Origin: Eledone cirrhosa
Lineage: Eukaryota
Direction: 5' to 3'
DNA length: 64,000 nucleotides
Assembly (NCBI GenBank): GCA_964016885.1
Contig: OZ024742.1
Location: 299,088,001 to 299,152,000 of the forward strand
Below, one piece after another: positions 41,560-55,000 of the stretch (position 1 is the first letter of the stretch; every line of letters starts with the position of its first letter). The translations under genes and the position numbers were made by a program. Under the pieces are notes generated by a model, which was not told the origin of the DNA, did not search any database, and worked only from the letters and a program-made list of their open reading frames with translations.

Positions 41560-42850
41560 TCGTGTGCATTAGATAATCAATGAATGCTACATACAGCGCT
41601 TTATAATGCTCCCAGCTCTTCTCTTGGAGCTGTGTGAGAACAGACACCATGTCTGTGGTGACCCTGATGGCTCTGAGGGTCATACTGATTTTCTGAGGAG
41701 GTGTTCCTCAGGGATGGTGGGTACCACTCTCTTCAGCAGAAATGTTCTGAGGATGTTTCCCGGAATATAGAGTAATCACTCAGTAATTTAAGCAGTCTGA
41801 CTTTTCTACTTTGTTCTCGTACAGGGTGATGATGACTGCATCGTGGACTACTCTGCTCCCAGCAACAGAAGAAGAGTGCATGGAGTTTCGCATGTAACGC
41901 TGGGCTCCCATACTTCCAGATCTCAGGTGAAATTCCATTGGCTCCTGCTGCTTTGCCATACTTTGGTTACTCTATTGCTTTGGTAGTATTTTCAATGGTG
42001 GGCATCTCATCTAGTTCCATTTTTTCTGTTTGTTGGGGAATGCAGAGGATTGAAGATTTATGGACTATGTCGTTAGTGCTGATGAGGGGCTGAAAATGTT
42101 CTGGCTTAGGGTGGACGTCCTGTCTGTGAGGAGTGCCTTGCCACCTGTATTGCACATAGGACTCTGGACCTGATACATAGGACCATACATTGCTTTTAAG
42201 GTTTTGTAGAAGCCCTCGATGTCTCCGGTTTCTGAGTGCAGCTAAGTTCTCTCAGCAAGGCTGGTCCACCACTCTCAGGGCTTGCGCAGGAGGTTACTGC
42301 ATATGATGGCTGAGATAAGCAGATTTGGTAGATGGATCTCTTCTTCAGCAGAAATTCTTGAATTTCCTTGTTTTCATCAAGCTAGTCTTTGCTCTTCTTT
42401 GACAGGAAGAAAATACATTCCCCAGATGTCTGAAGAATGGCGGTTTTGAGTTGTTCCCAAAATGTTTCTGGAGAGGGATCTGTGGGAACACTTGCATCTT
42501 CAAGCTTCAACTGAATGGTTACTTGGAAGTTAGCTTTAACATCATATGACTGAAAACTGCCAACCTTGAACTTTTACCTGGAGACCCTTCATTTCTTTGA
42601 TTTGGGTTTAAAGTGGAGCTTGAGTTTGCAGTGAATGTGGCAATGGTCAGTGTCTTATTCTGCACTGGGTATCAATCTGATCTCTCAGGTCAAACTGGGA
42701 CACTAGAATATAATCAATGAGGTGAAAATGTTTGAACTGAGGATGCATCCAGGTTGTTTTCAAATTGTCTTTCTGCTGGATGATCGTGTTCGTGATAATG
42801 AGTTGATTCTCTGTGTAGAACTCACTCCAGCAGTAAACACCCATTGTCAA
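41560..42850 (-). mobile_element. Degenerate RTE/BovB-like LINE fragment
   Basis: KTTWMHPQFKHFHLIDYILVSQFDLRD (APE end, resembles WMHPRSKHWHLIDY) and TTDMVSVLTQLQEKSWE (RT, resembles TTDMIFVLRQLQEKCRE). Confidence 0.75.
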
Positions 42851-44058
42851 ATACAAATTAAAAATATATACCTGTTTCAAAGAAAAAGAAGGATACAATT
42901 GATGATGCTAGAGTATCTGTCTGCTAAATATATGCTGGTTTATTGTTAAAATGTGTTTTAATGTAAGGTGAATCTGTCTGAAGCAGCAGGTTGCCATAGC
43001 AACAATAAACAATTATATATATATATATATATATATTGATACCAATGTATCTGAAACTAGCTTTGCTCCTATGAGATAAAGCTGCTGATTTTAAAGTGTT
43101 TATTTCTATCTAAAAACCTTCTATCTTAATTTCAATGAGAGACCATTTTCAAGTCATCAAAAAGACATTAGCTAAGTAATTCTTCCACATTTGGCAAAAA
43201 GGTAGTAATTTATCGACTCATAAGAATGAAACCGAAAGCTAATGTTACCAGGATTTCAAATGAAAATGTAAAGGGCTGTAACTATATGCTGATTGATAAA
43301 CATGTTGTCTGACACTCTACTGATAGTGCCTATCCACTATCCTCACACAAGCTAAGTAATGAAAAAGTTAGTAATGAGACATTATTCAGTAATCATCCAC
43401 AGTGTCTTGTATTATCAGTATGAAATATGGTAGTGAATGGCTTAAATGTGGTTTATTTTGCCTTTAAGTAAGGATTTAAACTTGATCCAGAGTTAAATTT
43501 AATTATGGTGGTGAGCATAACTTTACCCACACATGTATTTGTTGGTATCAACTAATCTTTTTATAAACAGAAAAGAAAAGTGTGCACAATGATTGTATGG
43601 AGGTTTATAATTAAACATTTATCATTTTCATGATCACCTACTGCAGCTACCTACAAAAATGGCAAAAACTAATAAAGAAAGATAACCATTATGATAATGT
43701 TCATGATGCTGATGATGATAAACAGTTGGACATGAATCAAATGTACACAGTTTAATGAGAAAATTCTATTGGATTTTTCAATTCCCCTCTTGACTTTAAA
43801 TAATTCAAAATAAAGCAGCAATGAATTTTGTTCCCATATCAATTTTTTTAAGGAAGCAACATGTTTCAATCATCTATATAACAGCAATATATACAAATAT
43901 AGAAATATATACACAGGCTCAGGTATTACTGTGTGGTTGATAAGTTTGTATCACATTTCGATTTCAGATACAGTGCTAATGCATGACAACTTGGGCAAGT
44001 GACCTGTTAATTAGGCTTGAGCAATGCCATGTCAAAGAGATTTGGTAGATGAACACTG

Positions 44059-44154
<96 letters not shown>

Positions 44155-44321
44155 CAGTTCCCGTATGGGCAAGACATGGTCACGAGACATGGGATTGCTA
44201 GCATGGAAGAATGGACATAAAACGGTTATGATGAGGATGATGATATATATATATATATCACCATCATCATTTAACGTCTATCTTCCACGCTAGCATGGGT
44301 TCATATATATATATATATATA

Positions 44322-44540
44322 TAGGAAAAGAGTCAGGATTCTGAAAGCTGAGCTCCTGCCATTACGACAGCTAGATCTGAACGATCAGCTAGATCAATTC
44401 GGATCTAGCTGTTGAAACGGCCGGAGCTCAGCCGTAGGGGTCCTGACTCTTATCCTATTACCCACTCTACTACCGTAAGTATCAAGTACTCTGGTGTGTT
44501 ATGGTCCACCTGGTTCCTTACCACACTTTCTTTGTTATAA
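44322..44540. mobile_element. Family A fold-back element
   Basis: Inverted arm joined to ga-tcagctagatc[aattcg]gatctagctg-tt-GAAAC-ggcc, then the family A arm. Confidence 0.75.
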
Positions 44541-44579
<39 letters not shown>

Positions 44580-44699
44580 GATAAATCTACCAAAATATAT
44601 GGTAGTGCCCAATCCGTATGACGAACTCAATATAATCCAAATATCATGACAAGAGAAGATGCATTCAAAAATGTTCGATAAAAATCATAGGAAAACAGA

Positions 44700-46168
44700 G
44701 TCAAGATAAATTAATAAAACCAATGAAATAAAAACAAAGAACAAGTTCCTTATATTAAAAAATTCATTATTTTACGATCGTTTCTAGGATGTATATGTGT
44801 ATTGGTATGTATATCATATAGATCTATGTCTAAATATTACAAATTATCAGAGGAAATATACATACCTTCACATAGAAATTGCCCATTAAAGGGAAATTGT
44901 CTTATTAATAACATAGTCTATAAATGTAAAATTAGCACTAAGGACTCCACTTATTCATATATAGGAGCTACGCCTAATCAATTTAAAGTAAGATTTAATA
45001 CCCACAAACATAGTTTTAAAAATGCCGCATTAGCTCATACAACATCCTTGGCTGAAACAATTAATAATTATAGAAAGAAGAATATCGATTACAACCTGAC
45101 CTGGAGTGTGCTCAAAAGGGCCACCGCTTATCAAAATAACAGATACGAGTGTAAGTTATGCTCCCAGGAACTTTTTGAAATCATGAAATCTAAGGATAAC
45201 CTATTAAATAAGCGACAGGAATTAATTATATCTTGCAATCATAGAATTAGAAGAACCTTCAAATATTATAAACCTAATTAATATACGCCTTACACTTATA
45301 TTTTACATATTATTATAATTAGTTTTTTTTAAATTTAGTTAACCTATGATTAGTACTTTACTACAGAGAACTCCATAATTTTATTTCCCTCTTACAGCTC
45401 TCTTTTCCTAAAATTAATACCTAAAAGTATACCTATTAATTAATTTGATTTCCTGTTATGAATCTAGATTCCTTGTAGTTTATATAAGATTGGTATTTCT
45501 CACCCTTATCCCAAAAATTTTACTTTCCTTCGTTTTTAACAACACACTTTAATAACATCTAATTCTTATTTATCACATTCATATGAATTAATATGAATTT
45601 ATCCCTATAAATATACCTATCAATTAATTTAATTTCTTGTTATAGATCTAGATTCCTTGTGGTTTAAAGAAGAATGGTATTTCTCCCTAATACCCTTACC
45701 CTAACATTTTATTTTCCTTCGTTTTTAACATTATTCGTTTTTAACATTATTCTTTAATAACATCACATTTTCGTGTACACTTCACTGGCTTGACCTCTTT
45801 TCATCCCCAAAGTATTCTTTTCATTCAAGTATGCACTCCTCTACCCCTAAATTAAATTTCTACGACCACTATTCTATCAACTTGACCTCTAACTACTTTT
45901 CTATTGGTCAATTCCAAACCTGTTCCCAAACAGACTTTTTATATTAAATCTTTGTTGGGTTTTTTCAATAAACAAATCTCATCATTTCTGAAGACAGCAT
46001 GTATATGTGAAAGTATGTATATTTCCTCTGATAATTTGTAATATTTTACATAGATCTATATGATTTATATACCAACACACATATACAACCTAGAAACGAT
46101 CGTAAAATGATGAATTTTTTAATATAAGGAACTTGTTCTTTGTTTTTATTTCATTGTTTTTATTAATA
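44700..46168 (+). mobile_element. 5'-truncated Penelope-like element with inverted 5' pLTR fragment
   Basis: 44708-44874 is the reverse complement of about 46002-46168. GIY-YIG ORF inside; CTGAAGA...GAAA motif at about 45988-46012; flanked by (TA)n. Confidence 0.85.
44875..45281 (+). CDS. PLE GIY-YIG endonuclease domain (truncated ORF)
   Basis: CPLKGNCLINNIVY...SYIGAT...FKVRFNTHKHSF...CKLCSQE...LLNKRQELIISCNH. The first about 24 aa of the called ORF derive from the inverted pLTR. Confidence 0.85.
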
Positions 46169-46179
46169 TATATAAATAT

Positions 46180-46464
<285 letters not shown>

Positions 46465-46596
46465 TATATATACATATATATAAATATATATATATATAAA
46501 TATATATACATATTTTTATAAATAAATATATATATAAATATATATATATAAATATATATACATATATATAAATATATATATATACATATATATATA

Positions 46597-46645
<49 letters not shown>

Positions 46646-46844
46646 ATACTTGGCGAGGGTCATATTTGTGTAATATTGCCAAAATTAATAACAGAACACA
46701 CTCACTGTTTGGTTGGTTTTCGCTTCTCGCTTCTGTGTCTTTTATATCGGTAATCTAATATACTCGGTCCTCAATGTTGCCATTGACTGACCGGCGCTCA
46801 AAAATAATACAGATACAATATAGACACAAACACATATATATATA

Positions 46845-47960
46845 GTTTATCATAAATCTTTCGTTGCACATCTGCAACATCGTCAGTGGTGCTATATTTT
46901 CCTCCTGTTGTATTGTATGTCTACGCCATTTTTATTCAGTCTGTCTATATATTTATTTATTTATTTGCTTGTTTGTTTATTTTATTTTGTCTTCTTTGCG
47001 CATGCGTTTGCGTGTGTGTATAGTGTTTTGTTTGCTGTATGATGGGTGACTAGTGTGTATTTATGTGCTTGTTGTTATTGTGCTTGTGTATGTATTTATT
47101 TATTTATTTATTTTATCTTATTTACTTATTTATACTTCTCTTAGGTCAGTGTTGTTTGTTTGGGTGTTGTTGTTATTCCATTCATTCTTTCTGTTTAGCC
47201 TTGGTCTTCTAATTTCTATTTCACTAGCCTCTCTGATTTGCCTATCTGCTGGGTCATTTCTATGTTTAGATATTATTCTAATTTCTATGTTGTCTATGTT
47301 ACCGTCATGTTGCTGTCTAGCATGTTCGTATAGTACTGACCCGTTTTTTCGTCCTTTTAGTTCCCCCCAGTGTTGGTCTATCCTTTCACCTATGCTACGA
47401 GCTGTTTCACCTATGTATGTTGTTGTCATGTTTCTGCAAGTACCCTCTGTACATCTTATGCTATAGACTACGTCTCTAGTTTTACAGTTTATCCGGGGGT
47501 TCACCTTACATATGATACATTTCCTATTGGTACAGTGGGTTTTCTTAAAAGGGTAGGTTTTGCTGATCAGGGATTTTATGGTGGTTCCTGGCTTTTCTAC
47601 CACCTTTATTTTTAAGTGGGTCTTTCTCAGGGCCTTTCTACACTGGTTAGCTAATTTCCCTCCAGGGGTAGCGTCCACAAACATGACACTCTGGTATCTT
47701 TGGTTGTCGTACAATGAGGTGGCTTTCTCTATCTTATGTCTAGCCCTATCTAAGCTATTCCATGATTTGCTCCTGTATAATGGGCAAATTCCTTTCATGT
47801 CCAGTTCTATGAGGGTCTTTACTTCTCCATGGCTCCTTCGTATACTCTGATTCTGTCTCTTTGGTTGTAGCCAGAGAACTGCATGCGGTTGATGAAGTGT
47901 TGGATGTGTCTTTCCATTTCTGTTGGGTCGCACATGCGGGACACATTCTTCATAACTCGT
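46845..47960 (-). mobile_element. 5'-truncated Penelope-like element of a second type, with 3' hammerhead
   Basis: GIY-YIG ORF, then an A/C-rich 3'UTR and cca-CTGACGA-t-gttgca[gatg]tgcaac-GAAA at 46889-46859. (TA)n flanks. Confidence 0.85.
47130..47933 (-). CDS. PLE thumb/linker + GIY-YIG endonuclease (267 aa, truncated; possibly Naiad-like)
   Basis: [14 protein letters not shown], Cys linker CTNRKCIIC...NC, VVYSIRC...C...[16 protein letters not shown]...H...H...RQIREA...LNRKNE. Confidence 0.85.
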   Translation of the reverse strand: MRPNRNGKTHPTLHQPHAVLWLQPKRQNQSIRRSHGEVKTLIELDMKGICPLYRSKSWNSLDRARHKIEKATSLYDNQRYQSVMFVDATPGGKLANQCRKALRKTHLKIKVVEKPGTTIKSLISKTYPFKKTHCTNRKCIICKVNPRINCKTRDVVYSIRCTEGTCRNMTTTYIGETARSIGERIDQHWGELKGRKNGSVLYEHARQQHDGNIDNIEIRIISKHRNDPADRQIREASEIEIRRPRLNRKNEWNNNNTQTNNTDLREV

Positions 47961-48003
47961 ATATATATATATATTTATATATATATATATAAATATACAT
48001 ATA

Positions 48004-48037
<34 letters not shown>

Positions 48038-48040
48038 AAT

Positions 48041-48111
<71 letters not shown>

Positions 48112-48150
48112 AATATATATATATATAAATATATATATATATAAATATAT

Positions 48151-49025
48151 ATTTCCGCAAAATATATATAGTTAGCACCCCAAACATAAAATTGGGATTA
48201 TACTAAGGTATATCCTAATGTTTGTTGAGTGAGATGGTAGCCAGTCAGAGTATAGCTTAAGGCTTTCTCTGTTAATGTATTGAATATTTTACTCTTGATT
48301 TAGCCAGTGACGAATATTTCCAGATACCTTTTAAGCATAACTTTCCGTATTTATTATTATTATGAAATATTGATTGTTATTCTGGTATCATATCTCTGTG
48401 TTTAGCCTAAGAAAATACCTATATGCGTGTATAATTTATACATGCATACATTTATTTTTTAAAAATCTAATTGAGTTCTTAACACGCAGGGTTAAAATTG
48501 TTGAAACAATTAAATGACCCACGTGTAAATTATTTTACTTTCTTGTGTTTCGCGATTGTCTCCCTTTTCCGCTTCGTGACGCTGTGAAATTCCTCATTCT
48601 GAGACTGCTGGAATTTCAAATTTGGCGGTCATTATGATGCGAGAAGGGACAATTGCTGACACGAAAACTAACATCGGTAAGAGCTTTTTTCTTATATCAA
48701 TGTTGGACGGGCATCCACTGATGATTTATAAGTGCCCACCTGCATATGTTCTTACAGAAAAATGTGCTGGCTTCTACATAACCCGGACACATTCTCCCAA
48801 CTTGTAGAAAACTTATAATGAAACAATTGTTTGGAAAGGGAGATATATTTTAATTTTAATTATATCTCATATAAAATAATACAACTGGCTTTCCGCAAAA
48901 TACATATGGTTAGCACCCCAAACATAAAATTGGGATTATACTAAGGTATATCCTAATGTTTGTTGAGTGAGATGGTAGCCAGTCAGAGTATAGCTTAAGG
49001 CTTTCTATGTTAATGTATTGAATAT
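48151..49025 (+). mobile_element. Non-coding element with about 135-bp direct terminal repeats and an internal hammerhead-like motif
   Basis: tttccgcaaaata...gttaatgtattgaatat at 48152-48286 and 48890-49025 (near identical). cca-CTGATGA-tttataag...cttaca-GAAA...tgg at 48715-48770. (TA)n flanks. Confidence 0.7.
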
Positions 49026-49221
49026 ATAAATATATATATATATATAAATATATATAAATATATATATAAATATTTATAAAAATATATATATATATATATA
49101 TAAATATTTATATAAATATATATATATATATATATAAATATTTATATAAATATATATATATATAAATATTTATATAAATATATATATATATATATAAATA
49201 TTTATATAAATATATATATAT

Positions 49222-49800
49222 GGCGCATGGCTTAGTGGTTAGAGCTTTGGCCTTGCAATCGAAAGGTTGTGAGTTCAATTCTCAGACCGGGTGATTTGTT
49301 GTTTCCTTGAGCAAGACACTTTATTTCACATTGGTCCAGTTTACTCAGCTGTAGAAATGAGATGATAGGGGCGCACATCATTCAACTGCAAAGTGGACGT
49401 GTAGGCGCCACGGAAAAAAAGCACCCACCACTCACTGTAAATGAGGTTGGTGTTAGGAAGGGCATCCAGCTGTAAAAATCAAGCCAGAATCAGTTTCAGT
49501 CACACCCTTGCAAACAGGGAAAAAGTGGACGTAAAATGATGATGATGATGATGATGATGATATATTAATGGAGGCACATCACTTAGTGGTTAGAGCATTG
49601 GCCTTGCAATCGAGAGGTTGTTTCCTTGAGCAAGACACTTTATTTCACATTGCTCCAGTTTACTCAGCTGTAGAAATGAGATAATAGATGTTAGGAAGGG
49701 CATCCATCTGTAAAAATCAAGCCAGAATCAGTTCCCGTCCCACCTTTGCAAGCAGGGAAAAGTGGGCGTAAAATGATGATGATGATGATAATGATGATGA
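49222..49800 (+). mobile_element. Two tandem tRNA/CORE-like SINEs with RTE-derived 3' tail
   Basis: ggcgcatggcttagtggttagagc (A box), gagttcaattc (B box), ccttgagcaagacactttatttcac, then gttaggaagggcatccagctgtaaaaatc...ggacgtaaaat(GAT)n shared with RTE 3'UTRs. Confidence 0.85.
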
Positions 49801-49874
49801 TATATATATATATATATATTGTGAAGACTAGAATCCAAAGAGGGCTCGATAAGGATGATATTAATATATATATA

Positions 49875-51225
49875 TCATCATCATCATCATCATTATCATC
49901 GTTTAACGTCCATCTTCCACTCTGGCATGGGTCTGGACTGGAATTGTCCCATTTGAGGCAAGATTGGTTGTCTTGCTCAGGACTGTCTGGCGGGTTTCCT
50001 ACGGCTGGATGCCCTTCCTAACACCAACCACGTTTACATTGTGGACTGGGAGGTTTTTACCATGTTACCTACATGGCCACATTACAGTGTGGACTGTGTG
50101 TTTTTTTTATCGTGACACCTACACGACCTCATTTATTTAGGACTGGATGTTGTGGTACCAACATAGCTTTACATCGAAAGGGGTTGTGTAGATGGCGTGG
50201 GGGCAGGGGTAGTGGTACAGGGGTGTATTTTGGTTAAGAGGTGCCTACTGACTGTAGGTTTCGCTTTGTATTACTACGTAGTCTTCTGTATTACAACATA
50301 GCGCCAAAGATCTCGGTCCAGTGACATTGTCTTGGAGAGGTGTAAGTGTGTGAGGTCAGACTTTATCAAGTCGTCCCAGGTTTTCTGGGTCTGCCTACTC
50401 CGAAGCTACCAACTATTTTGATCTCATGCACTTTTTTATACAGCTGTCATCTTCCATGCACATCACGTGACCATACCAACGTAGTCTTCTCTCGAGTAAA
50501 CAGCATCTGATCCCTCTTATTCCTAATTTCTCACTTAGTTCATTTATGCTTTGCCGTTCGCGTATATTACTATTACACATCCAACGGAGCATGCAAGCTT
50601 CGTTCCTCTCCAGTCTGCGTAGATCTTCTGCACACAACGCCCATGTCTCACTGCCATGTAACATCGCTGTTGGTATGCAGACATCATACAGCCTGCCTTT
50701 TATTTTTAGAGAGAAACCTTTAGCGGCCAATAGTGGTATAAGGTCTCTGAACTTTTTCCATCCCGTTTGGACTCTAGCTAGAGTACTTTCGGAGCACCCT
50801 CGACCACTGCTTATTTTGTCACCTAGGTAACGGAAGGTGTCCACTATTTCTATAGAACCATCTGGGCAATGGAATGAGCTAGTATTCTGTGGGCATTTGC
50901 TGCTACTTATTGCACCAGAGCACCGGCCACATATAAAATCTATATTCTTAGTTAGCTTAACTGTGATCCCACTACATCTTTTATACACCCATACTTTGCA
51001 TTTGAGACATAAAATAGAGTTTCTGTCTACTCCTTTCCTACACACTGAGCATGGCCCAGATGGGACCAGTGCCCTATTCTCCTTCCTACATATTAGGACT
51101 TTAGTCTTAGACAAGTTAACTTTAAGGCCTTTTGATTCTAGGCCATGCTTCCATGTTTGGAATTTCTTCTCTAGTTCAACCACTGATTCGGCTATGAGCG
51201 TTAGATCATCTGCGTATAGAAGTTC

Positions 51226-51230
<5 letters not shown>
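49875..51230 (-). mobile_element. 5'-truncated RTE LINE (RT YADD to (GAT)n tail)
   Basis: WELLYADDLTLIAES...PHD-like Cys cluster...RRLRWYGHVM. Highly similar to 54400-55758; small deletions near the ORF end. Confidence 0.92.
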
Positions 51231-51290
<60 letters not shown>

Positions 51291-51299
51291 TATATATAT

Positions 51300-51669
51300 A
51301 CACGACCGTGACTTCTGGCGTCACGCAGTAATACAGGGTACCCGACCTCCCATGGGTACATGCTGAAGCATATAAACAATATGCCCCCCCCCCCCACCGC
51401 AAGGTGGTCGTGGAGGTGCCACGGCAAAAAAGCACCCAGCCCACACTGTAAAGTGGACGTGTAGGCGCCACGAAAAAGCACCCAGCACTCACTGTAAATG
51501 AGGTTGGTGTTAGGAAGGGCATCCAGCTGTAGAAATCAAGCCAGATCAGTTCCTGTATGAGCAAGGCATGGTCAGCCGACCAGACACTGCCCACAACAGG
51601 ACAACCCGTCTAACCCATGCTAGCGTGGAAGAACGGACGTAAAACGGTGATGATGATGATGATGATGAT
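51300..51669 (+). mobile_element. RTE 3'UTR fragment of a related subfamily
   Basis: gaccgtgacttctggcg (DRDFWR), gttaggaagggcatccagctgtagaaatc and a (GAT)n tail. Confidence 0.75.
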
Positions 51670-52099
51670 ATATATATATTCACATTCGCCAAATTTGTGG
51701 GTGTTTTTCCTTCACGGTATAATGTAATGTACACATTTTTCTAGCTTTTCTAACATCCGCTTAATTTCATAGTCCTTCCAACTCCGATAGCATTTTCTAT
51801 CCTCAGATTCCAATTCTTGTTTCACTACTAGCCATTCTATCCTATTTCCAAAACAAATCCTCCTGTATTCTGTGTATTCTCTCGTATTTTCCAAAACAAA
51901 TCTTGTATTTTTTGTTATTGCTTGTTAAATACGAAGTTTTTGGCGTATTTTACTAAACAAATCTTGTATTTTTGTTATCGCTTGTTAAATACGAGGATCT
52001 TACTTAAACCTATTCTTCTCGCTAACAACTCAACACCCCTCCCTCCCGCCCCCACGCACCACCATTATTATTACGTGGATCAATCATAAGCCAGAGGCC

Positions 52100-55000
52100 T
52101 ATACTATTGCTTACCTGGTCGCCTTCGATATGTAGGATGGAAGGACTACGGAATTCCGGAGAGTTGAAGAGAGAAAAATCTGGACGCTCAGCGACAGTGC
52201 CAAAGTTAAAGACAAATACACCTCGTGGACGAGAATGCGAGCATGCCTCTTTGTTTCGGCCGCGGATGGCTAACATAACCCCATCTCCCCCCGCTCCCCA
52301 CCGCTCCCACCCTCCAAACGCAATCCAAAACTTCAGAGTTGGTACCTTGAATGTAGGCACCTTAAAGGGTCGCTCTAACGAGGTTGTAGAAATGCTTGAA
52401 CGTAAGGAGGTCGATGTTTGTTGTATTCAAGAGACCAGGTGGAGGGGTGGGTCTGCTAGATTCATTGTGGGTAGAAAACGATGCTATAAGCTTTTCTGGG
52501 TGGGAAATGACAATGGGCTGGGTGGAGTAGCAGAATCATGGTATCAGAAAAGTGGGCAGATAAGTTAATAGACGTAAATAGAGTGAACGACAGAATAATT
52601 AAAATAAGACTTGTCCTCAGTAGAACGACGGTGACAGTAATATCTGCGTACGCACCCCAATCCGAACTGCCCAGCACTATAAAAGACAGATTCTATGAAA
52701 CACTGATGCTCACTACCTCCCAAATAACCGACAGTGACTATATAATTATTGCAGGCGACCTAAATGGTCACGTTGGACAACATTGTGACGGCTACGATGA
52801 AATCCATGGAGGCTATGGGTTTGGTACTAGAAATGAGGAAGGCTCCAGAATCCTGGAATTCTGTGACGCAAATAACCTAACTATCTGTAACACTAACTTC
52901 AAAAAACGTGACAATCACCTGATCACCTATAGATCGGGGGAACACACAAGCCAGGTAGATTATATCCTTACCAGAAGACGTGACAGAGTGTCTGATGTAA
53001 ACACTAAATCCCTCCCCCATGAAGAATGCACCTCCCAACATAGACTGATAATTAGCGACCTAATAGTCAGGACGAGACGTACTAGACAACAGAAGAGGAC
53101 TATCCTCAGGAGAAAAATATGGAAGCTAAAGGACCCCACAGCCAGAAATAAATTTCAAAGCATATTACTTGATGCTTTCGACAGTAAGGAAGAGCAATTA
53201 GAGTCGTACAAGGTAGAGGAACAGTGGGAATTCCTGAAAGCAAACCTGCTGATGGCGGCAGACGAAGTCTGTGGCTGGAGCAGGCCTGTAGGCAGGAGGA
53301 GAGTAACATGGTGGTGGAACAGTAAGGTGGAGGGGTCAATTAAGGCCAAAAAGCAGGCTTGGAAAGTATGGCAGGATGGGGGAAGCAGAGAAGACTATCA
53401 AGTGGCCAGGAGGGAAGCTAGGAGACAAGTGTACTTCGCAAGAAGGGAAGCAGAGGAAAGAAAGTTCAAGCATGTTCTACAACGCGAGGACCAAAAACGT
53501 GAGGTGTTCAGGATTGCTAGGCAATGTATCAAGGAAAACCGTGATATTGTCGGGGAGAAGTGTGTACTTAATGATGACGGCGTACTTGCCATCATCGAAG
53601 CTGATAAGAAGGTAGCTTGGAAGTGTCACTATGAAAGGCTACTAAATGAGGAGAATAAATGGGAGAAAGACAGTCTCCCCCACATCGACCCAATAGAGGG
53701 ACCAGCAGTGTTAGTCGAGGGTAGTATAATAAGTAAGGCAATCAAAGATATGAAGACGGGTAAGGCGGCTGGGCCTTCGGAAATAGTTGCCGAGATGCTG
53801 AAGGCATCTGGTACGGTGGGATACACCATGGTCACCCGGATAGTCAACCAAGTCATACAGAATGGGGTTGTTCCGAAGGACTGGCGTAGCAGCATCATCG
53901 TTAACTGTTATAAGGGTAAAGGAGATGCCCTAAATAGGAGTAACTATAGAGGCATTAAATTAATCGACCAGGTCATGAAGGTCACGGAAAAAGTAATAGC
54001 GCAACTAATCAGAGAGAGAATTGATCTAGATGAAATGCAGTTCAGGTTTGTGTCAGGCAAAAGTACCACAGACGCTCTTTTCATTGTACGACAACTACAG
54101 GAGAAGTACCTAGCTAAAAGTAAACCCCTATACTTAGCTTTCGTCGACTTGGAGAAAGCCTTCGACAGAGTCCCCCGTTCCATTATCTGGTGGGCTCTTA
54201 GAAAACTAGGTGTTGATGAATGGCTTGTGAGAGCTATACAAGCCATGTATAAAGAGATAGTCAGCAAGGTTAGAATTAACAACGAATATAGGGAAGAGTT
54301 TAGCGTAAAAGTTGGTGTTCATCAGGGCTCTGTTGTTAGCCCCCTACTATTTATTATTGCCCTCCAGGCTATAACAGTGGAGTTCAAGACCGGCTGCCCA
54401 TGGGAACTCCTATACGCAGATGATCTAACGCTCATAGCTGAATCAATGGCCGAGCTAGAGAAGAAATTCCAAACATGGAAGCACGGCCTAGAATCAAAAG
54501 GACTTAAAATTAACCTGGCTAAGACTAAAGTTCTAGTTTGTAAGAAAGAAAATAAGGCGGCGGTCCCCTCCCGGAAGTGGCCATGCTCAGTGTGTAGGAA
54601 AGGCGTAGGTAGAAACTCCATTTTGTGTCCCAAATGCAAAGTATGGGTGCATAAAAGATGTAGTGGGATCACAGGTAAGCTAACTAAGAACATATATTTT
54701 ACATGTGGCCGGTGCTCTGGGGCAATAAGTAGCAGCAAGTGCCCATTAAATACTAGCTCTTTCAACTGCGCAGAGGGTTCTATAGAAATAGTGGACAGCT
54801 TCCGTTACCTGGGTGACAAAATCAACAGTGGGGGAGGGTGCTCTGAAAGTACAGTAGCTAGAGTCAGAACTGGATGGAAAAAGTTCAGAGAGCTTATACC
54901 GCTATTAGCCGCTAAAGGGTTCTCCCTAAAAATGAAAGGCAGGTTGTACGATGCCTGCATACGAACAGCAATGTTACATGGCAGTGAGACCTGGGCATTG

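Noticed and set aside
50413-51594. 393-aa ORF appearing to be a novel fusion protein
   Set aside because: Chance read-through from an antisense RTE 3'UTR across (TA)n into the truncated RTE RT frame.
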